Position numbers and translations under genes: made by a program
Notes under the pieces: model-generated
What the model was told of the DNA's origin: nothing
The model's input: the letters and a program-made list of their open reading frames with translations, nothing else
Databases searched by the model: none
In this document: positions 58,729 to 64,000 of the stretch, one piece after another
How the letters are laid out: the number at the start of each line of letters is the position of its first letter
How positions within the stretch are numbered: the first letter of the stretch is position 1
Origin: Microcoleaceae cyanobacterium
GTDB taxonomy: Bacteria; Cyanobacteriota; Cyanobacteriia; Cyanobacteriales; Microcoleaceae
Assembly (NCBI GenBank): GCA_051652765.1
Contig: JBOFUV010000007.1
Location: 1-64,000 of the forward strand
DNA: 64,000 bases
Direction of reading: 5' to 3'

Positions 58729-61464
58729 ATGGCCGCAGTGAACAGTAACGCTGAAATTCTGAGATTGCAGGAAGCCCATGCAAAAAGTGCTTCCTGGAAA
58801 AAGTGGGGCCCCTATTTGAGTGAACGCCAGTGGGGAACTGTACGGGAAGATTATAGTCAGACAGGCAATGCTTGGGACTATTTTAGCCATGATCAAGCCC
58901 GTTCCCGCGCCTATCGTTGGGGAGAGGATGGACTAGCAGGGATTTCAGATGATCAGCAACATTTTTGTTTTGCATTAGCTCTTTGGAATGGTGCAGATCC
59001 AATTTTAAAAGAGCGGTTATTTGGCTTAACGAATAGTGAAGGAAACCATGGCGAGGATGCCAAAGAATATTATTTTTATCTGGATAGCACGCCGACTCAT
59101 TCCTACATGAAATACTTGTATAAGTATCCTCAAGCTGCTTATCCTTACGAAAATTTGGTGCAGACCAATCGCACTCGAAATCGGCTAGAACTCGAGTATG
59201 AACTGATTGATACTGGAGTATTTGATGACAATCGCTACTTCGATGTTTTCGTCGAATATGCCAAAGAAACGCCCGAAGAAATTCTGATCAAAATCAGTGT
59301 TTACAACCGGGGTTCAGAAGCTGCGCCCCTGCATGTTCTCCCTACATTTTGGTTTCGCAATACTTGGAACTGGTTCCCAGAACATCCACCTCAACCCACG
59401 ATCAAACAGTTCAATGATCAGACTTTAGCTGCCATTCATCCTGAGCAAGGAGAATACTACCTCTATTGCGATCGCCCGGTTCCTCTGCTGTTCACTGAAA
59501 ATGAAACCAACCTGGAACGCATTTTCCATCAGCCCAACCGTTCGCCCTACGTCAAAGATGGCATCAACAACTACGTGGTCAACGGCCAGCAAGAGGCAGT
59601 CAACCCCAGCAAAACCGGAACAAAAGCAGCAGCCCATTACCAGTTAGAGGTTCCGGCAGGGGGAGTTCAGGTGATTCAGTTGCGTCTCAGTAAGCGTTCA
59701 GGGGTTCCCAATCAGGTCACGTTTGGAGAAGGATTTGAGGCAACTCTGCAAACTCGTCTTCAGGAAGCCAATCAGTTCTACAACGAGGTGATCCCAACTC
59801 GCTTTTCTGAAGATCAGCGCAATATCATGCGACAAGCCTTTGCAGGCATGATGTGGACGAAACAGTTCTACTACTTTCCGGTTAGTGAATGGCTGCAGGA
59901 AGAAATCCTTCCCCCAGACTGTCCTCAGCGCTTGATCAACCGAAACAAAGAATGGTTCCACCTAGACAGTGCCGATATTATCTCAATGCCGGATAAGTGG
60001 GAATATCCTTGGTTTGCCGCTTGGGATCTAGCGTTTCACTGTCTAGTCTTAGCAATGGTCGATATGAACTTTGCTAAAGATCAATTGAGATTGATGACTA
60101 ACCAGGTTTACCTCCATCCGAATGGTCAAATTCCTGCCTACGAGTGGAACTTCAGTGATGTCAATCCTCCCGTTCACTGCATGGCAACCTTGCAGGTGTA
60201 TCTGATGGATAAGGCCATGAACGGGGGCAGGGGCGATCTCCCCTTCCTCGAAAGTATGTTTCACAAGTTGTTGATGAACTTTACGTGGTGGGTTAACCGC
60301 AAGGATGCCCAAGGCAACAACGTGTTTGAAGGGGGATTTCTGGGTTTAGACAATATCGGGGTGTTTGACCGCAGTTCTCCCTTACCAACCGGGGGCACTC
60401 TGGAACAGGCGGATGGCACGAGCTGGATGGGAATGTTCTGCTTGGATATGTTGGCGATCGCCTTAGAACTTGCCCTAGAGAATCCAGTCTATGAAGAAAT
60501 GGCGTGTAAGTTCTACGAACATTTCATGTACATCGCTGTTGCCATGGATCGAATCGGCATCAATCATGATGAACTCTGGGATGAAGATGATGGGTTCTTC
60601 TATGATGTGCTGCGGTTCCCCGATGGCCATGCGACTCGGATTAAAATTCGTTCGATGGTAGGATTGATTCCCCTGTTTGCTTGTGAGGTTTTCCCTGAAT
60701 CAATCCTTGAAAAACTACCCATATTTGCAGCAAGGGTTCAACATTTTACTCAGGAAAACTCCAAGTACCTTAAAAACGTCAGCAACCCTGGTCAACCAGG
60801 GGTAGGCGGGAAACGACTGTTGTCTCCGGTAAATCGGGATAAATTGCAGCGCATTCTTCAGAAAATGCTGGATGAGTCTGAATTCCTGAGTGACTATGGA
60901 ATTCGCGCCCTATCCAAGTATCACAAGGATAATCCTTATACCTTTAACGTTGGCAGTCACGTCTATCAAGTAGACTACGAACCTGCCGAATCCTCAACAG
61001 GGCTGTTTGGCGGTAATTCTAACTGGCGAGGGCCAATTTGGATGCCGGTTAACATGATGTTGGTACAGTCCTTGCAGAAAATGTATAGCTATTACGGAGA
61101 TGACTTCAAGGTTGAATGTCCCACGGGTTCAGGCAACTGGATGACGCTGTGGGATGCGGCCAATGAAATCACCCGCCGACTCAGCAATATTTTTCTCCGC
61201 AATGACCAAGGAGAACGACCTGTCTATGCCGATACAACCAAGTTCCAAACCGATCCCTATTGGAAGGATCTAATCCTGTTCTATGAATATTTCCATGGTG
61301 ATAACGGTGCCGGAATTGGAGCCAATCATCAAACCGGATGGACAGGGGTGATTGCCCGGTTAATGACGGTTGCAGAAGAGGTGAGTCCTCAAGATGTTCT
61401 GCGAGAAGGATTCATGTATGCGGCCATGAAAAAGCTTGCACAAGACGAGAATCTAAAAGCCTAG
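58729..61464 (+). CDS. GH63-like (MGH1-like) glycoside hydrolase
   Basis: WGPYLSERQWGTVREDYS, MPDKWEYPWFAAWDLAFH, GGNSNWRGPIW, EYFHGDNGAG.GA.HQTGWTG. Confidence 0.9.
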   Translation: MAAVNSNAEILRLQEAHAKSASWKKWGPYLSERQWGTVREDYSQTGNAWDYFSHDQARSRAYRWGEDGLAGISDDQQHFCFALALWNGADPILKERLFGLTNSEGNHGEDAKEYYFYLDSTPTHSYMKYLYKYPQAAYPYENLVQTNRTRNRLELEYELIDTGVFDDNRYFDVFVEYAKETPEEILIKISVYNRGSEAAPLHVLPTFWFRNTWNWFPEHPPQPTIKQFNDQTLAAIHPEQGEYYLYCDRPVPLLFTENETNLERIFHQPNRSPYVKDGINNYVVNGQQEAVNPSKTGTKAAAHYQLEVPAGGVQVIQLRLSKRSGVPNQVTFGEGFEATLQTRLQEANQFYNEVIPTRFSEDQRNIMRQAFAGMMWTKQFYYFPVSEWLQEEILPPDCPQRLINRNKEWFHLDSADIISMPDKWEYPWFAAWDLAFHCLVLAMVDMNFAKDQLRLMTNQVYLHPNGQIPAYEWNFSDVNPPVHCMATLQVYLMDKAMNGGRGDLPFLESMFHKLLMNFTWWVNRKDAQGNNVFEGGFLGLDNIGVFDRSSPLPTGGTLEQADGTSWMGMFCLDMLAIALELALENPVYEEMACKFYEHFMYIAVAMDRIGINHDELWDEDDGFFYDVLRFPDGHATRIKIRSMVGLIPLFACEVFPESILEKLPIFAARVQHFTQENSKYLKNVSNPGQPGVGGKRLLSPVNRDKLQRILQKMLDESEFLSDYGIRALSKYHKDNPYTFNVGSHVYQVDYEPAESSTGLFGGNSNWRGPIWMPVNMMLVQSLQKMYSYYGDDFKVECPTGSGNWMTLWDAANEITRRLSNIFLRNDQGERPVYADTTKFQTDPYWKDLILFYEYFHGDNGAGIGANHQTGWTGVIARLMTVAEEVSPQDVLREGFMYAAMKKLAQDENLKA

Positions 61465-61489
61465 CTTAAAATTGCTTTAAATTATAGTT

Positions 61490-61516
61490 AAGGTGGGCAA
61501 TGCCCACCTTTTGTTT
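61490..61516. terminator. Palindromic terminator/REP between convergent genes
   Basis: AAGGTGGGCA-A-TGCCCACCTT followed by TTGTTT. Confidence 0.75.
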
Positions 61517-61546
61517 GTTAGTACGCAGGAGAAGGTCTAACGGGCG

Positions 61547-64000
61547 TTAGATGAAGATAAAATCATCCGCAATTAACTCAGTTACTCCAGTTATCCCATC
61601 AAGTTTGGCGAGGATTGTGGTGTTTATACCATCATCCAAGCGTCCACCTGGCTCAGAAATTAGATAAGTATCTGTGCCATTATTATAAGCAAACACAAAG
61701 GGCGCTTGTGGAAGAGTAGTTGGAAGTGAACTCAACTGAACTGGGGCGATAATTCTAGAAAACTCAGGGGCCACTGGATTATCCAAAACAATAGCATCAC
61801 CTCCCACTACTCCTAACCCTTCGAAACCAAAGACTGTATCGTATTGACCTTGAGCAATTTGAGCATCAAGATCAGCAACCAAGCTTATATTAAAACCAGG
61901 CCCACCGCCATCTTCTGGCAGCAAGTAAAAGAACTGCTCTAATTCACCGGAGTTGCTAATTAAGCTGTCAGCTCCTAAACCTCCAATCAGACTATCTTGC
62001 CCAATTCCACCATCCAGACAGTCATTTCCTTGGCCGCCCAGAATACTATCATTGTCATTATCTCCACCGAGAGTATCATTCCCTTTCCCTCCAAGAATTG
62101 TATCGTTACCGTCTAGCCCAGTGAGGTTATCGCCAAAATCACCGCCTGTAATTAGTTCTGCCGATTTGTCAGCAAAGTTCAATAATTCAACTGTAATTGA
62201 AGCCGTTGCTGTACCGCCATTACCATCACTCACTACATAACTAAACAGATCTGTTCCTGTGTTTGCACCCGTGCGAGTGTAATTCACTAAGTTTCCAGAT
62301 AGAGTTGCTGTACCCAGTTGAGCTGGGCTGACAGAGACCAAAGTCAGAACGTTATTTTCAGGATCGGTATCATTGATGAGGGGATCAATAACCAATACGT
62401 TTGCATTGTTTGTCAAGAATGGCCCCTCATCAACTGCTACTGGTGGGTCATTAACCGGAACAATAGTGATTATGCTGCTTGCAAGATTACTAGAAATAGC
62501 TCCATCACTAACGGTAGCTTGAATCGTTCGGGTTCCACTTGTTGGATTATCAGAGAGATTATCGTAGCTAACTTGGCCAATTGCAGTTTCGTAAGCTTCA
62601 CGGGAGGCTACGCCTGAAAGTTGTATTACCTCTGAGTTTCCGCTGAACGATGCCGAAATTCCGCTTGGTAGTGTCCCATCAATGATTAATCGCTCTGCTG
62701 ATGCATCCTGAACATTGATAATTTGAGCTGTCGCAAACTCCATATTTAAGTCGTCTGGATCAGTAATTAAAATATTATCAGGGTTCCCAATCTTAACCGC
62801 AGGGCCATCTTCTGTAAAAGTTGTTGCAAAACCCGTTCCAGTAACGGCACTGTCCAGGCTATCTAAATCTAGTGTGGGAGGATCATTAATAGGAATAATC
62901 TGAATTGTTGAAGTCGCTGTATTGCTGGCCTCAAAAGCATCATTCAGAACTACAGTAATTGTCCGATTTTGAGAATTAGGATCTTGAGAAGCATTTTCAT
63001 AGAACACCTGATTTAGGGCTGTTTCATAGACATCTGGGGTATTTGTGCCTGTGAGAATCAGAACTCCAGTTGCAGGGTCGTAACTACTGGCGGTAATCCC
63101 AGTTGGCAAGGTTCCTAAAGATAACAGTTCGTCAACCCCATTTAGCGGATTCGCCAGGGTAATAACTGCCTTTTCAATGTCAGTATCAGGATCGGTAACA
63201 GTAACCTGGTTGCCAATGGGACTGGGGGTTGTGTTGCCTTCAGTAAAGCTCGTTGTAAAGTCATTGCCAGCCTTGGTTCCATCTAGGTCAACGCTAGGAG
63301 GAACGTTAATGCCGACAAAAACAGTGGCCGTATCTGTGTCGCCTTGTTCGTCGCTAACGGTATAAACAAAACTGGCTCCTGTTATCCCTGTTGTAGGGGC
63401 AAAGTCTACATCTCCTTGGGAGTCAAGGGTTGCGGTTCCTCCGGTTGCGGTTCCAACATTAATAATCGTTAACAAATCGTTATTGGCATCAGTGTCATTC
63501 GCCAACAGTTCAGAGGCGAGAATAGTGCGGCGGGTGTCTTGACGAATCAGAACGTTGTCATCTTGAGCAATAGGAGGAAGATTAGGAGCATTGATGGCAA
63601 TCGTGCTGGTGTCAATACCAGGGCCACCGCTGCCTGTATTGCCTAGGTCGTTGGCTGTTACTGTAACGGTATCCCCAGACTGGAGGAACACTGGCCCCAA
63701 ACTGACTTGAAAGCCATTTAAGATCGGGTTAATTCTATCGACAGACCCCCCAAGCGTAATATTGCTGGTGCTATTTCCTGTGATTGTTACGCCATCTGTT
63801 GTTGTTCCAACTGTTAATGTACTGCCATTAACAGTGGTTAAGCTGACTAAGATTGAGTTTGTTCCTGAGTCTACATCTTCCACGGAAATAGAGTTTCCAG
63901 TGGCAGCACTGAAAATAATCGGACTTCCGAGATCACTGGCTATTGGGGTTTGATCACTTGGAACAGTATTAACGGGAGGATCATTCACCGCTATCACATT
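61547..64000 (-). CDS. Large secreted adhesin-like protein (cadherin/Ig-like repeats plus RTX nonapeptides); 5' end lies beyond the window
   Basis: Repeated VNDPP/INDPP, LLANDTD, FVYTVSD; GGKGNDTLGG and GGQGND repeats; C-terminal ADDFIFI. Confidence 0.9.
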   Translation of the reverse strand, partial: NVIAVNDPPVNTVPSDQTPIASDLGSPIIFSAATGNSISVEDVDSGTNSILVSLTTVNGSTLTVGTTTDGVTITGNSTSNITLGGSVDRINPILNGFQVSLGPVFLQSGDTVTVTANDLGNTGSGGPGIDTSTIAINAPNLPPIAQDDNVLIRQDTRRTILASELLANDTDANNDLLTIINVGTATGGTATLDSQGDVDFAPTTGITGASFVYTVSDEQGDTDTATVFVGINVPPSVDLDGTKAGNDFTTSFTEGNTTPSPIGNQVTVTDPDTDIEKAVITLANPLNGVDELLSLGTLPTGITASSYDPATGVLILTGTNTPDVYETALNQVFYENASQDPNSQNRTITVVLNDAFEASNTATSTIQIIPINDPPTLDLDSLDSAVTGTGFATTFTEDGPAVKIGNPDNILITDPDDLNMEFATAQIINVQDASAERLIIDGTLPSGISASFSGNSEVIQLSGVASREAYETAIGQVSYDNLSDNPTSGTRTIQATVSDGAISSNLASSIITIVPVNDPPVAVDEGPFLTNNANVLVIDPLINDTDPENNVLTLVSVSPAQLGTATLSGNLVNYTRTGANTGTDLFSYVVSDGNGGTATASITVELLNFADKSAELITGGDFGDNLTGLDGNDTILGGKGNDTLGGDNDNDSILGGQGNDCLDGGIGQDSLIGGLGADSLISNSGELEQFFYLLPEDGGGPGFNISLVADLDAQIAQGQYDTVFGFEGLGVVGGDAIVLDNPVAPEFSRIIAPVQLSSLPTTLPQAPFVFAYNNGTDTYLISEPGGRLDDGINTTILAKLDGITGVTELIADDFIFI

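Larger units (their letters stand above)
848..60461. repeat. HIP1 octamer GCGATCGC, dispersed across the window (span = first and last copy noticed)
   Basis: Dozens of copies, mostly in coding regions; a cyanobacterial hallmark. Confidence 0.9.

Noticed and set aside
1267..63953. Numerous 60-160 aa ORFs nested in or antisense to identified genes
   Set aside because: Shadow frames of well-supported CDSs, with no independent motifs.

Overview
64 kb of a cyanobacterial chromosome, judged from abundant HIP1 GCGATCGC octamers, sasA, nrtABCD, cyAbrB2, an SLH porin and a cyanobacterial-type 6S RNA. It is mostly housekeeping: cdsA, sasA, rsmG, eda, nrtABCD, def, a PRK paralog, recQ, a SigH-like ECF module, ftsH, rbp-rpsU, putA, cyAbrB/Rrf2, cbiB, a ferrochelatase-like gene, a GAF/HD-GYP gene, a GH63 gene and the 3' part of a large RTX/Ig-like adhesin gene. 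I saw no CRISPR array, prophage, intact transposase or intact defence system. The interesting signal is intergenic and absent from the ORF track: (i) a 23-codon sORF with an 11-nt extended Shine-Dalgarno, its own promoter and a downstream stem-loop; (ii) a 48-aa membrane peptide between the transglutaminase gene and ftsH; (iii) a 6S RNA with a long perfect palindrome over its promoter; (iv) a ~110-bp MITE-like family in several copies; (v) about nine unrelated 10-14 bp tandem-repeat tracts near gene ends; (vi) decayed remnants of panB, an MNT/HepT toxin-antitoxin pair and an RTX gene. All assignments are by eye, from motifs and recalled family sequences. No searches were run.
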